Source: an uncultured Pseudomonadota bacterium
Lineage (GTDB): Bacteria; Pseudomonadota; Gammaproteobacteria; Steroidobacterales; Steroidobacteraceae
Direction of reading: 5' to 3'
NCBI GenBank assembly: GCA_903828595.1
Contig: CAIKMS010000009.1
Span: 2,933 to 66,932, forward strand
Length of the DNA stretch: 64,000 nucleotides
The notes under the pieces: model-generated
Told to the model about the DNA's origin: nothing
Databases searched by the model: none
Seen by the model: only the letters and a program-made list of their open reading frames with translations
Position numbers and translations under genes: made by a program
In this document: piece by piece, positions 29,674-41,708 of the stretch
Layout: each line of letters starts with the position of its first letter
Position numbering within the stretch: position 1 is the stretch's first letter

Positions 29674-29967
29674 ATGGCGTTTAGGCTAATGCTCATGCGA
29701 AAACTTGAGAGAACCAGTCATCCTTGGAGAGCCGTATCGGTGGCTCCGGGTGATGCGCCCTGCGCGCCGGTGCGAGCCATGGTCGGTAAACGATTCTTAG
29801 TGGCTCAGGCACCTGCGTTACCGCTGCTGGAGTGTCCCTGGTCGGACGATTGTGATTGCCAGTTCCGGCATCATGATGACCGACGGGCGGAGGAACGGGC
29901 GGAAAAGCGCGCCGCCAGCGCTTTAGAGCGGCATCGACGCAACGCGGACCCCACTCCCGTGAAGTGA
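29674..29967 (+). CDS. Hypothetical small basic Cys/His-rich protein
   Basis: The ORF contains LECPWSDDCDCQFRHHDDRRAEERAEKRA. The start is ambiguous (29674, 29689 or 29695), and the 29566 start overlaps lnt. A competing antisense ORF (29693..29983) exists. Confidence 0.3.
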   Translation: MAFRLMLMRKLERTSHPWRAVSVAPGDAPCAPVRAMVGKRFLVAQAPALPLLECPWSDDCDCQFRHHDDRRAEERAEKRAASALERHRRNADPTPVK

Positions 29968-30037
29968 CCCCTTCGGGCTGCAACGCCCTATCGGTTATGC
30001 TGTGCCAGAACGCCGCAGAACCGCCAGGGGTAGTGTG

Positions 30038-31573
30038 ATGAATACCATCAAAGCCAGTGATCTAGTTCAAAGTGTCGCCGACGCTTTGCAGTACATTTCG
30101 TATTACCACCCTCAAGATTTCATTGAGGCGATGGGTGCTGCTTACTCGGTTGAAGAAAGCGTGGCAGCCAAAGACGCGATCGCGCAGATTCTCACCAACT
30201 CCAGACTCTGCGCCGAGGGCCATCGTCCCTTGTGTCAGGACACCGGCATCGTGGTGGTGTTCGTCAAAGTGGGTATGCAGGTGCATTGGGACCTGCAAGG
30301 CGACCCTAGTCGAAGTGTGAGCGATCTGGTTAACGAGGGCGTACGTCGCGCGTACCTGCTGCCGGAGAACCGCTTACGCGCCTCAATCGTTTCGGATCCG
30401 GCATTTAAGCGATTAAACACCAAGGACAACACGCCAGCGGTCGTCCATACCGAGCTCGTGCCGGGCAACACGGTCGAAATTACCGTGGCCGCTAAGGGCG
30501 GAGGCTCAGAGAATAAGGCGCATTTTGCGATGCTTAATCCCTCCGACTCGGTAGCGGACTGGGTCTTGTCGGTGGTGCCGGAAATGGGTGCGGGCTGGTG
30601 TCCGCCGGGTATGTTGGGTATCGGTATCGGGGGTACTGCCGAACAGGCGATGGTGCTGGCGAAAAAGTCTTTGATGGAGCCTATCGATTTACCTCAGCTG
30701 CGCGCCCGGGGTGCGGTGACGCCGCTAGAAAAAATGCGCATCGACATCGTCGATCGGGTTAACGCCCTGGGCATTGGCGCGCAGGGCTTGGGGGGCTTAA
30801 CCACACTGCTGGATGTAAAGGTTCTGGATTTTCCGACTCATGCGGCCTCCTTGCCCGTGGCGGTCATTCCTAATTGCGCGGCCACTCGCCACCTTCACTT
30901 CACTTTGGATGGTAGCGGCGTGGCCGACATAGCACCGCCCGACTTAAGTAAATGGCCTAAAGTCGACTGGGCGCCGGATACGGGCGTTCGTCGCGTGAAT
31001 ATCGATTCGCTGACGCGAGAGGAAATGGCGACCTGGAAAGCCGGTGAGCGTCTGCTGGTGTCGGGTAAGTTATTAACCGGTCGTGATGCCGCGCATAAGC
31101 GCATTTGCGCTCTTTTAGAGGCCGGTGAACCGCTGCCTGAAGGCCTGTCCTTTGAAAATCGCGTGATCTACTACGTAGGCCCTGTAGACCCGATTGGCTC
31201 AGAAGTGGTCGGACCGGCCGGCCCGACCACGGCAAACCGAATGGATCGTTTTACCGAGACTATGCTGGGTAAAGGCGGACTGTTAGCGATGATCGGTAAA
31301 GCCGAGCGCGGCGTGGAGGCAGTCGAAGACATCGCCCGGCACGGCGCGGCGTATTTGATCGCGGTCGGTGGCGCGGCTTATCTGGTTTCACGGGCGATAC
31401 GCAAGAGTCGGGTGGTCGCTTTTGCCGAGCTGGGTATGGAGGCGGTCTACGAATTCGAGGTCAGCGATATGCCAGTGACGGTAGCGGTAACCACCACCGG
31501 CGACTCGGTGCATGACTCCGGGCCGCGCGCCTGGGCCGGGCATAAAATCAAAATCCCGGTAGTGGCCGGCTGA
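30038..31573 (+). CDS. Class I (Fe-S) fumarate hydratase, fused alpha/beta type
   Basis: MNTIKASDL...CQDTGIVVVFVK is the Fe-S hydro-lyase signature. A C-terminal beta-type domain follows. I chose the start at the ATG at 30038. Confidence 0.85.
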   Translation: MNTIKASDLVQSVADALQYISYYHPQDFIEAMGAAYSVEESVAAKDAIAQILTNSRLCAEGHRPLCQDTGIVVVFVKVGMQVHWDLQGDPSRSVSDLVNEGVRRAYLLPENRLRASIVSDPAFKRLNTKDNTPAVVHTELVPGNTVEITVAAKGGGSENKAHFAMLNPSDSVADWVLSVVPEMGAGWCPPGMLGIGIGGTAEQAMVLAKKSLMEPIDLPQLRARGAVTPLEKMRIDIVDRVNALGIGAQGLGGLTTLLDVKVLDFPTHAASLPVAVIPNCAATRHLHFTLDGSGVADIAPPDLSKWPKVDWAPDTGVRRVNIDSLTREEMATWKAGERLLVSGKLLTGRDAAHKRICALLEAGEPLPEGLSFENRVIYYVGPVDPIGSEVVGPAGPTTANRMDRFTETMLGKGGLLAMIGKAERGVEAVEDIARHGAAYLIAVGGAAYLVSRAIRKSRVVAFAELGMEAVYEFEVSDMPVTVAVTTTGDSVHDSGPRAWAGHKIKIPVVAG

Positions 31574-31575
31574 TT

Positions 31576-31605
31576 AGCCACCCCGTCGTCCGAAGGGGGG
31601 TGGCT
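31576..31605 (+). terminator. Stem-loop after the fumarase gene
   Basis: A perfect 9-bp stem pairs AGCCACCCC with GGGGTGGCT around a 12-nt loop. The T tract is weak (TTCC). Confidence 0.45.
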
Positions 31606-31668
31606 TTCCGGTATCCTTAGCCGGTAGACCGCCCCTTAGAACCCATCAAGCGCTAGGCGCACCGGTAA

Positions 31669-34757
<3,089 letters not shown>

Positions 34758-34764
34758 ACGCGCG

Positions 34765-35280
34765 ATGGGTGATTCATCAGGCTTGGTGATGTGTCTGCGC
34801 GATATCGATCGCGATGAACTGGCCTCGCTGCTGGCTTTTTTTTCGCTTTGCCTGCGTGAGGTCGCAGACCACGAGTCTATACCCGGTTCCTATTGGGGTG
34901 ATTGTGAGGCGGGCTTGATAGGCGATGATGTTTACGCTCGCGCGGATACTCCGCTGCATTCGCTGTTGCACGAGTCCTCGCATGCCATCGTGATGGGCAA
35001 GCATCGGCGAGCAGCACTGGATAAAGATGCTGGCGGTGACTTTGATGAAGAAAATGCGGTTTGCTTTTTGCAGATTCTTCTGGCCGATTGTCTTGGTGGC
35101 GTAGGTCGTGAGCGTATGTTTAAGGATATGGATGCGTGGGGTTACACCTTTCGCTTGGGTGCGGCTGCGCTTTGGTTTACGCAGGATGCTGAGCAGGCTG
35201 CGCTGGATTTACAGGCCGCTGGTCTTGCGCGGTGTTTGGCGGGTCAGTGGGTGGCGATAGTTCCTTCGATAGGCGAGTGA
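34765..35280 (+). CDS. Hypothetical protein with an HExxH motif (LLHESSHAIVM)
   Basis: The 171-aa ORF has H69-E70-x-x-H73 encoded at 34969-34983. It has no signal peptide. It is inserted between lptE and holA. Confidence 0.45.
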   Translation: MGDSSGLVMCLRDIDRDELASLLAFFSLCLREVADHESIPGSYWGDCEAGLIGDDVYARADTPLHSLLHESSHAIVMGKHRRAALDKDAGGDFDEENAVCFLQILLADCLGGVGRERMFKDMDAWGYTFRLGAAALWFTQDAEQAALDLQAAGLARCLAGQWVAIVPSIGE

Positions 35281-35292
35281 CAGGAGACGAGT

Positions 35293-35754
35293 ATGAATCT
35301 GCCAATGCTAAGACTACGGTTGTTGCCTGCGCTCGGTCTGATCGGGTGGTTGGTCTTAAGTCAGTCGGCAACTGCATCCACGCCGCTGATCATAAGCAAC
35401 GCCTGGGTTTCGGCAACGCCGCCGGGTATGCGCAGTGCGGCGGTGTATTTGACGATACAAAATCCAACGACAATTAGCGATCGGCTGCTCAGTGCCGTGA
35501 CCCCTGCCGCGGAGTCGGTGATGGTCCATCAAACTCGATTGGTCGATGGTGTCTATGAGATGCGCGAGGGTGCGCTTCAGATTCCGGCTAAAGAGTCTGT
35601 GGAATTAAAGCCCGCCCAATCGCACTTGATGCTCGACGGACTGCGCGCGCCTTTAAAGGCCGGCAGTCACATCGCCTTGACCCTGCGCTTTGCGCACGCG
35701 CGCCGCGTTCAGGTCGATGTGGATGTTCGTCCGGTTGCGATTACCCCGTATTGA
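35293..35754 (+). CDS. Periplasmic copper chaperone PCu(A)C (DUF461)
   Basis: The 153-aa ORF has a signal peptide and the pattern ISNAWVSATPPGMRSAAVYLTIQN, followed by VMVHQT...M...SHLML (H/M copper-binding pattern). Confidence 0.75.
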   Translation: MNLPMLRLRLLPALGLIGWLVLSQSATASTPLIISNAWVSATPPGMRSAAVYLTIQNPTTISDRLLSAVTPAAESVMVHQTRLVDGVYEMREGALQIPAKESVELKPAQSHLMLDGLRAPLKAGSHIALTLRFAHARRVQVDVDVRPVAITPY

Positions 35755-36797
35755 GTGCCGCCGGTTTGATGAACACGCAGCCGCCTTTGCCGGTGATTAT
35801 TGTTACCGGTGCCTTAGGCGTGGGTAAGACCACCGCCATCGCCCAAGCGCTGTCCGGTAAGCCGGCGGCGGAGCGTTGGGTCGTGATACTCAACGAGTTC
35901 ACCGAAAGTGGTATCGACGTTTTGACGATCGCCGGCAGTGCCAACGGTGAGTTTGACGTGCAGCTAGTGACCGGCGGCTGCTTGTGTTGCGTAGGTGCCC
36001 AGGACTTTAGTCGCACGCTGGCGGGTTTTGTGGCCGGCCCAAGGCCAGCGCGTTTGTACATCGAGCCCTCCGGCCTGGGCCACCCTAGCGCCATCATCGA
36101 GGAGCTGTTGGCCTATCAAGCGCGCGGTGAAGTCGACTTACGCTGCGTGGTGGCGCTGGTCGACGCCGGGCGACTGGAGCAACTGCAAGTCCCGGGTATT
36201 TACGCCGACCAAGTGGAGGCCGCTGACGTATTACTGTTGGCCAAAGCCGATCAGGCGAGCGCTAAGCAGCACGAGGAGTTCTTTGCCTATGCCGAGCAGC
36301 TCTACCCGCCTAAGCGGCGTTTGGGGGTTTGCCAGGCAGGACGGTTACCCGACTGGGTTGCGCAAGATCAGCGTATCTATTCGACCCCAGCCTTAGCAGA
36401 TCCAAACCGCCCGCGCTTTAAGCCAGCGCCCGCGGGTAGCGGGTTGCTTCGTGCAGATGCTTCGATAAATCACGTACTAGACCGCCATGCGCTAAGTTTT
36501 GAGATGCCGCGCAGCCAGGGTTTTGATGCACAAATTCTGCAGCAGGCGCTGGCTACCGCCCCGGAACTGGCCGGTGTAGAGCGTTTGAAGGGTGTGTTTA
36601 GGGTGGGCCCGGAGCACTGGATGCTCATCCAGCGGGTTGGCACCGAGCTTAGCGTTAAAGACAGTGCCTGGCGGCGGGATAATCGCGTGGAGGTACTGTC
36701 CCAGGCGGGGGTTCGCCTCAATCAGGCGGCCCTTTTGGCGTTTTGGCAGCGCCTAGCCGACGCATCGCTCCCCCAGAGCCAGCCCGATCAGCGATAA
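35751..36797 (+). CDS. COG0523 (CobW/ZigA/YeiR-type) G3E-family metallochaperone GTPase
   Basis: The ORF contains VTGALGVGKTT (Walker A), GGCLCC (CxCC metal motif) and LLLAKAD. The start is either the TTG at 35751 or the ATG at 35769. Confidence 0.8.
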   Translation: MSAAGLMNTQPPLPVIIVTGALGVGKTTAIAQALSGKPAAERWVVILNEFTESGIDVLTIAGSANGEFDVQLVTGGCLCCVGAQDFSRTLAGFVAGPRPARLYIEPSGLGHPSAIIEELLAYQARGEVDLRCVVALVDAGRLEQLQVPGIYADQVEAADVLLLAKADQASAKQHEEFFAYAEQLYPPKRRLGVCQAGRLPDWVAQDQRIYSTPALADPNRPRFKPAPAGSGLLRADASINHVLDRHALSFEMPRSQGFDAQILQQALATAPELAGVERLKGVFRVGPEHWMLIQRVGTELSVKDSAWRRDNRVEVLSQAGVRLNQAALLAFWQRLADASLPQSQPDQR

Positions 36798-36806
36798 TCT
36801 CACGGT

Positions 36807-37814
36807 ATGCTCATTAGCCCGCAAACCCTGTCTCGATCCTTGGAAGGTCCTTTAGCACCGCTTTGGCTGTTGGCGGGCGCGGAGCCTTTGTTGATCGCTG
36901 AGTGTGCCGATCAGATTCGTGCGCGAGCCCGAGCGTTGGGTATTTTAGAGCGCGAAGTTCACTTTGCTGAGCGAGGCTACGATTGGCAATCGCTGTTGGG
37001 TATGACTCAGTCAATGTCATTGTTCGGCGATCAGCGGTTGGTTGAGCTTCGGCTGAGCAGCAAACCCGGTGTAGAGGGCAGTAAGGTCCTCACTCAACTG
37101 CTAAAGAGTCCGCCAACGGATGTGGTTTTGCTGGTCGTTGCTGACGACCTGGATTGGACCGAGCGTAAGGCGGCTTGGGTGCAGGCGTTTGAGTCGCACG
37201 GCGTTTTGCTTGATGTGCCGAAAGTAGAAGCCGAGGATTTGGTGGGCTGGGTGGCCGCGCGCCTGGCGCGCGCGGGTGTGAAGGCCGAGCCAGAGGTAGC
37301 CGAGTTGCTGGCGGCGCGTTGTGAGGGCAATCTGGTTGCCGCGCATCAAGAAATCGAACGCTTAGCCTTACTGGCCGATGGCCAGTTGCTGAGTGCTGAG
37401 CAGGCGGCCGATTGGGTGGCAAACAGCGCGCGTTACGGCGTGTTTCAATTAGGCGAAGCCGTTTTAGGCGGTGATGCCGCACGCGCTTTGCGCATTTTGG
37501 CGGGTCTGCAGGCCGAGGGTGAGGAACCTACGTTGGTACTGTGGTGTTTAACCGAAGAACTGCGAGCCCTGATGCAGTGGTCAGCACGTCCTGAGAAAGG
37601 TGCGCCTGCCCGCTTGTGGCGCGGTGGTCGACGCCGGCAGGATTTGCTGGCCCGCGCAGCAAGGCGTCTGCCGCGGCCGCAGTTGGAGCGGTTGTTAGTC
37701 AACGCCGCGCGCACCGATTTGATGATTAAAGGGATTCGTCCGGGCAGGGCTTGGGACGAGTTGGGCTTGATGGCCGCTGGACTGGCCGGTGTACATTTGC
37801 CATTGGCTCAATAA
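36807..37814 (+). CDS. holA: DNA polymerase III subunit delta
   Basis: The 335-aa ORF has an N-terminus of the type PLWLLAGAEPLLIAE and lies upstream of nadD. Confidence 0.8.
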   Translation: MLISPQTLSRSLEGPLAPLWLLAGAEPLLIAECADQIRARARALGILEREVHFAERGYDWQSLLGMTQSMSLFGDQRLVELRLSSKPGVEGSKVLTQLLKSPPTDVVLLVVADDLDWTERKAAWVQAFESHGVLLDVPKVEAEDLVGWVAARLARAGVKAEPEVAELLAARCEGNLVAAHQEIERLALLADGQLLSAEQAADWVANSARYGVFQLGEAVLGGDAARALRILAGLQAEGEEPTLVLWCLTEELRALMQWSARPEKGAPARLWRGGRRRQDLLARAARRLPRPQLERLLVNAARTDLMIKGIRPGRAWDELGLMAAGLAGVHLPLAQ

Positions 37815-37879
37815 ATGCGCTTCATTCCCTACGGCAAATGCCCGGCCAGAGCTCAGAGGTTGCAGCTAGGTGAGCGCGC

Positions 37880-38557
37880 ATGACATCGGTTCATGATTCT
37901 AAGGACCTAGGTGAGCTGGGCCCCATCGGAGTATTTGGCGGCACGTTTGATCCTATTCATTACGGGCACCTGCGCACCGGTTTTGAGTTGCAGCAGGCGT
38001 TGAAGCTTGCAGAAGTCCGGTTTATGCCGGCGGGCAATCCTCCGCATCGGGAGCGGACTATCGCCAGCAACGAGTTGCGACTGCAAATGGTGAAGGTGGC
38101 GGTTGAAGGGCAAGAGCATTTCGTTGTCGATGATCGTGAGATGCGTAAGAGCGGTCCGTCCTACTCGGTCGAGACGCTAGGCGAGCTGCGGCGCGAGTTT
38201 CCCACGCGATCGCTGTGTTTAATTATTGGTATGGATGCTTTTCTGGGTTTACCTAAATGGCACCAGTGGCGAGAGTTGTTGGAATTGGCGCACCTGGTGG
38301 TGGCGCATAGGCCCGGCTGGCGCGCTCCGGGGATGGGGCCTTTGGGTGGACTGTTGGTGGATCGTGGTACCGGCCGCGTATTGGATCTGCACGAGGCGCG
38401 AGCAGGCCGAATATATATACACGCGGTGACTCAGTTGGAGATCTCCTCAACCGAGCTACGCGCGCTGATTCAGTCTGGCCGTGATCCGCGATATTTGATG
38501 CCAGACGGGGTTCGCGAAATTATTATGGATACGGGCTGTTATGCCCGGAAGGATTGA
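37880..38557 (+). CDS. nadD: Nicotinate-nucleotide adenylyltransferase
   Basis: The 225-aa ORF contains GVFGGTFDPIHYGHL and ISSTELR. Confidence 0.92.
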   Translation: MTSVHDSKDLGELGPIGVFGGTFDPIHYGHLRTGFELQQALKLAEVRFMPAGNPPHRERTIASNELRLQMVKVAVEGQEHFVVDDREMRKSGPSYSVETLGELRREFPTRSLCLIIGMDAFLGLPKWHQWRELLELAHLVVAHRPGWRAPGMGPLGGLLVDRGTGRVLDLHEARAGRIYIHAVTQLEISSTELRALIQSGRDPRYLMPDGVREIIMDTGCYARKD

Positions 38558-39105
38558 GACTCAGCATGACAGAACAAGCCAGTCGTAAACCGGCCAAGCC
38601 GAAGGCGACCAAAAAGAAAGCGACCGCCAAGTCCCCAAGCTCGGTGGGGCTTGCTCGGGCCTCACGCCCGGCGGTCAAGAAATCAGCGGTTAAAAAAGCC
38701 AGCAAGCCACCGGTGAAGGCGGCCGGCGCGAAAGCCACGGCGCGCCCTAAGGCGACCAAGCAGCGCCCTGCGGTTACCGATGTGGTGGTGAAGGCGCTGG
38801 AAGATTTGAAGGCGCAAAACATCACCGTGATTGACGTGCGCGATCTGACCACGGTGACGGACTCCCTCGTCATTGCCTCGGGCACTTCCGATCGTCATGT
38901 GAAATCGCTGGCGGCGAGCGTGGTTTCGCAGACGGCGATTGCCGGCTACCAGTCGCTGGGGCGGGAAGGTGAGCGTGACGGTGAGTGGGTTTTGGTGGAC
39001 TTGGGCGATGTCATCGTACACGTCATGTTGCCGCGGGTACGTGAGTTCTACGGTTTAGAGAAGCTGTGGGATGTCCGTGGTGGCGAGCGCGCCAGCCAAG
39101 ACTGA
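38554..39105 (+). CDS. rsfS: Ribosomal silencing factor RsfS with a Lys/Ala/Pro-rich N-terminal extension of about 70 aa
   Basis: The C-terminal roughly 110 aa match RsfS (ITVIDVRDLTTVTDSLVIASGTSDRHV, WVLVDLGDVIVHVM). The N-terminal part reads KPAKPKATKKKATAKS...KATARPKATK. The ATGA junction overlaps nadD. Confidence 0.8.
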   Translation: MRLSMTEQASRKPAKPKATKKKATAKSPSSVGLARASRPAVKKSAVKKASKPPVKAAGAKATARPKATKQRPAVTDVVVKALEDLKAQNITVIDVRDLTTVTDSLVIASGTSDRHVKSLAASVVSQTAIAGYQSLGREGERDGEWVLVDLGDVIVHVMLPRVREFYGLEKLWDVRGGERASQD

Positions 39106-39108
39106 CGC

Positions 39109-39579
39109 GTGAGAGTTCGACTGCTGGCTGCCGGTACCAAACTGCCGCGCTGGGTGGATGAGGCCTATGCCGATTACGCCCAGCGACTGAGCCGGGATTT
39201 CCCGCTAGAGCTCACAGAAATCGAACTGGGCCGGCGCACCAAGTCAGTCGCCCCCGAGCAAGCTATTCGGGACGAGGGCCGGCGTATGCTCGCGCTCATT
39301 GGTTCTGGTGATTATGTTGTGGCCCTTGATGTGGAGGGCCGCACTCACACGACCGAAGCGCTTGCCGTCTGGTTTGAGCGCCGCCAGGCTGATGGGCGGG
39401 ATGTAGTCTTGGTGATTGGTGGGCCTGACGGGTTAGCGCCGCAAGTTCGTGAACGAGCTAACGAGCGCTTATCCTTGTCGGCGCTGACGCTGCCGCACGG
39501 GCTAGCCCGGGTTGTGCTGGCTGAACAGATATACCGCGTGCACAGTTTGCAAAAAGGTCATCCCTATCATCGACCCTGA
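39109..39579 (+). CDS. rlmH: 23S rRNA (pseudouridine1915-N3)-methyltransferase RlmH
   Basis: The 156-aa ORF has a GTG start, begins MRVRLLAAGTKLPRWV and contains LSLSALTLPHGLARVVLAEQIYR. Confidence 0.9.
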   Translation: MRVRLLAAGTKLPRWVDEAYADYAQRLSRDFPLELTEIELGRRTKSVAPEQAIRDEGRRMLALIGSGDYVVALDVEGRTHTTEALAVWFERRQADGRDVVLVIGGPDGLAPQVRERANERLSLSALTLPHGLARVVLAEQIYRVHSLQKGHPYHRP

Positions 39580-39630
39580 CATGGGCAGTGTCAGGGTTAA
39601 GGGCAACCCCGACGGGTTTTGGAGTGAGTG

Positions 39631-40233
39631 ATGCCTATGACTGAGGATTCTTTGCTGCTGGCCTCTCGCTCGCCCAGACGGCGCGAACTATTAGACCAAA
39701 TTGGGGTCTCATATCAGGTCGCTGCTGCCGATGTGGATGAGAGCGTACTTCCAGGCGAGTCGCCCGAAGATTATGTCGTTCGGCTGGCACAGCATAAGGC
39801 CTGTGTGGTCTTCGCTCAGTACGGTGAGCGTCTGCCGGCCCTCGCGGCGGATACGACTGTTGTCCTGGGTAACCAGATCTTGGGAAAGCCCGTGGATCGT
39901 GTCGATGGAATGCGTATGTTATTGGCTTTATCCGGACGCACTCATCGGGTGCTCACTGCAGTGGCGTTACGACACCGCTCGGGCATGCCGTATTTTTTGT
40001 CGGTCAGTGAAGTGACCTTCGCGACGTTGACTCCGCAATTGTGCGAACAGTACTGGAACACCGGCGAGCCGGCAGACAAAGCGGGCGGCTATGCAGTCCA
40101 AGGATTAGGCGCTTTGTTTATTACCGGTATCTCAGGTAGCTATACCGGAATTATGGGCTTGCCCCTGTATGAAACCGGACAACTGTTAGGCCATGCCGGC
40201 ATCTGCCATACGCTGCGCCCGGGAAAGCTATGA
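39631..40233 (+). CDS. maf: Maf-like nucleoside triphosphate pyrophosphatase
   Basis: The ORF contains LLLASRSPRRRELLDQIG and KAGGYAVQG. A GTG at 39628 is an alternative start. Confidence 0.88.
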   Translation: MPMTEDSLLLASRSPRRRELLDQIGVSYQVAAADVDESVLPGESPEDYVVRLAQHKACVVFAQYGERLPALAADTTVVLGNQILGKPVDRVDGMRMLLALSGRTHRVLTAVALRHRSGMPYFLSVSEVTFATLTPQLCEQYWNTGEPADKAGGYAVQGLGALFITGISGSYTGIMGLPLYETGQLLGHAGICHTLRPGKL

Positions 40234-41699
40234 CCACCGAAATCCTGGTGAATGTGACGCCGCGTGAATCGCGCGTTGCAGTTGTGGAGAACGGCGCTTT
40301 ATTGGAAATCTATGTGGAGCGGGCCAACCGTCGCGGCTTGACCAGTAATATTTATAAGGGGCGCGCCTCACGCGTGTTGCCGGGTATGCAGGCGGCGTTT
40401 ATCGAGGCTGGCCTGCAGCGCACCGCATTCTTGCACGCCTCGGATTTCGCAACGGCCGCTGATGCCTCCGATAGCCCCTTGCAGCCCCGTACGGCCGACA
40501 TACGCTCGCTGATCAACGAGGGTGACGAGATCTTAGTGCAGGTGCTTAAAGACCCGTTGGGAAGCAAGGGTGCTCGCCTGACGACTTTTGTGACCTTGCC
40601 TTCGCGTTATTTGGTTTACATGCCACGCGGTCATGGCGTGGGGGTGTCGGCACGTATTGAGGATGATGAGGAACGCACCAGACTGCGCAGCCTGATTGAA
40701 AGTCAATTGGCCGCGGATGCTCGGGGCGGCTATATCGTACGCACCGTGGCCGAGGGCGCGGCTGAAGAGGCTTTGTTGGCTGATATGCGATTTTTGCAGA
40801 GGCTTTGGAAAGCCATTGCCGAACGCGGTTTTCATGCGCCTGCAGAAACTCTGGTCCATGAGGATTTGCCGCTGCATTTACGCATCCTGCGTGACCTGTT
40901 GGGGCAAGGTGTGGCGCGAGTTATGGTCGACTCACAACAGACCTATCAGCAGATGCTGGACTTTTCGCGTCAGTTTATGCCGGAGTCTGAGGGAAAAATT
41001 GAGCATTACGCGAGCGTCAGGCCGATCTTTGATCTGCACGGTATTGAGGATGAGATTGAAAAGGCGCTGGATCGAAAAGTTCCACTTAAATCGGGCGGCT
41101 ATTTGATCATTGATCAGACGGAATCAATGACGACGATTGATGTTAATACCGGAGCTTACGTAGGTCATCGAAATCTTGAGGACACGATTTTTCGTACCAA
41201 CCTAGAGGCGGCGGTCGCTATTGCGCGGCAACTTCGTTTGCGCAATTTAGGCGGCATCATCATCATCGATTTTATTGATATGGTTGATGAGGAGCATCGC
41301 GTGCAGGTGCTTCAGGCGCTGGAAAAAGCCCTGGCTGCTGACCATGCCCGAACCACAATATCAACGCTCTCACCGTTGGGTCTGGTGGAGATGACGCGAA
41401 AGCGTACGCGCGAGAGCCTGGAGCACCTGTTGTGTTGCCCTTGTCCTACCTGTGGTGGTCGCCGTTACGTAAAGTCACCAGAGACCGTGGCTTATGAGAT
41501 TTTCCGGGAGTTGTTGCGGCAGTCCGGCCAGTTTGAAGTCAGTGGACTGATGGTGCTGGCGCATCAGGACGTCATCGAAGTCCTGGCCGATGCGGAGTCC
41601 TCTGCACTGGCCGAGCTTGAGGTGCTGATTGGTAAACCGATTCGCCTGCAAACTGAGGCGCTATACGCCCAGGATCAGTACGACGTGGTTCTGGTCTAG
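40230..41699 (+). CDS. rng: Ribonuclease G
   Basis: The 489-aa ORF has an S1 domain (NIYKGRASRVLPGMQAAFIEAG) and an RNase E/G catalytic core (IIIDFIDM). Confidence 0.92.
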   Translation: MTTEILVNVTPRESRVAVVENGALLEIYVERANRRGLTSNIYKGRASRVLPGMQAAFIEAGLQRTAFLHASDFATAADASDSPLQPRTADIRSLINEGDEILVQVLKDPLGSKGARLTTFVTLPSRYLVYMPRGHGVGVSARIEDDEERTRLRSLIESQLAADARGGYIVRTVAEGAAEEALLADMRFLQRLWKAIAERGFHAPAETLVHEDLPLHLRILRDLLGQGVARVMVDSQQTYQQMLDFSRQFMPESEGKIEHYASVRPIFDLHGIEDEIEKALDRKVPLKSGGYLIIDQTESMTTIDVNTGAYVGHRNLEDTIFRTNLEAAVAIARQLRLRNLGGIIIIDFIDMVDEEHRVQVLQALEKALAADHARTTISTLSPLGLVEMTRKRTRESLEHLLCCPCPTCGGRRYVKSPETVAYEIFRELLRQSGQFEVSGLMVLAHQDVIEVLADAESSALAELEVLIGKPIRLQTEALYAQDQYDVVLV

Positions 41700-41708
41700 C
41701 GCACCCCT

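Noticed and set aside
38523-38885. 120-aa minus-strand ORF antisense to the rsfS N-terminal extension.
   Set aside because: It is the mirror image of the Lys/Ala-rich coding frame (Phe/Leu/Ala/Gly-rich), has no start context, and overlaps the nadD end.
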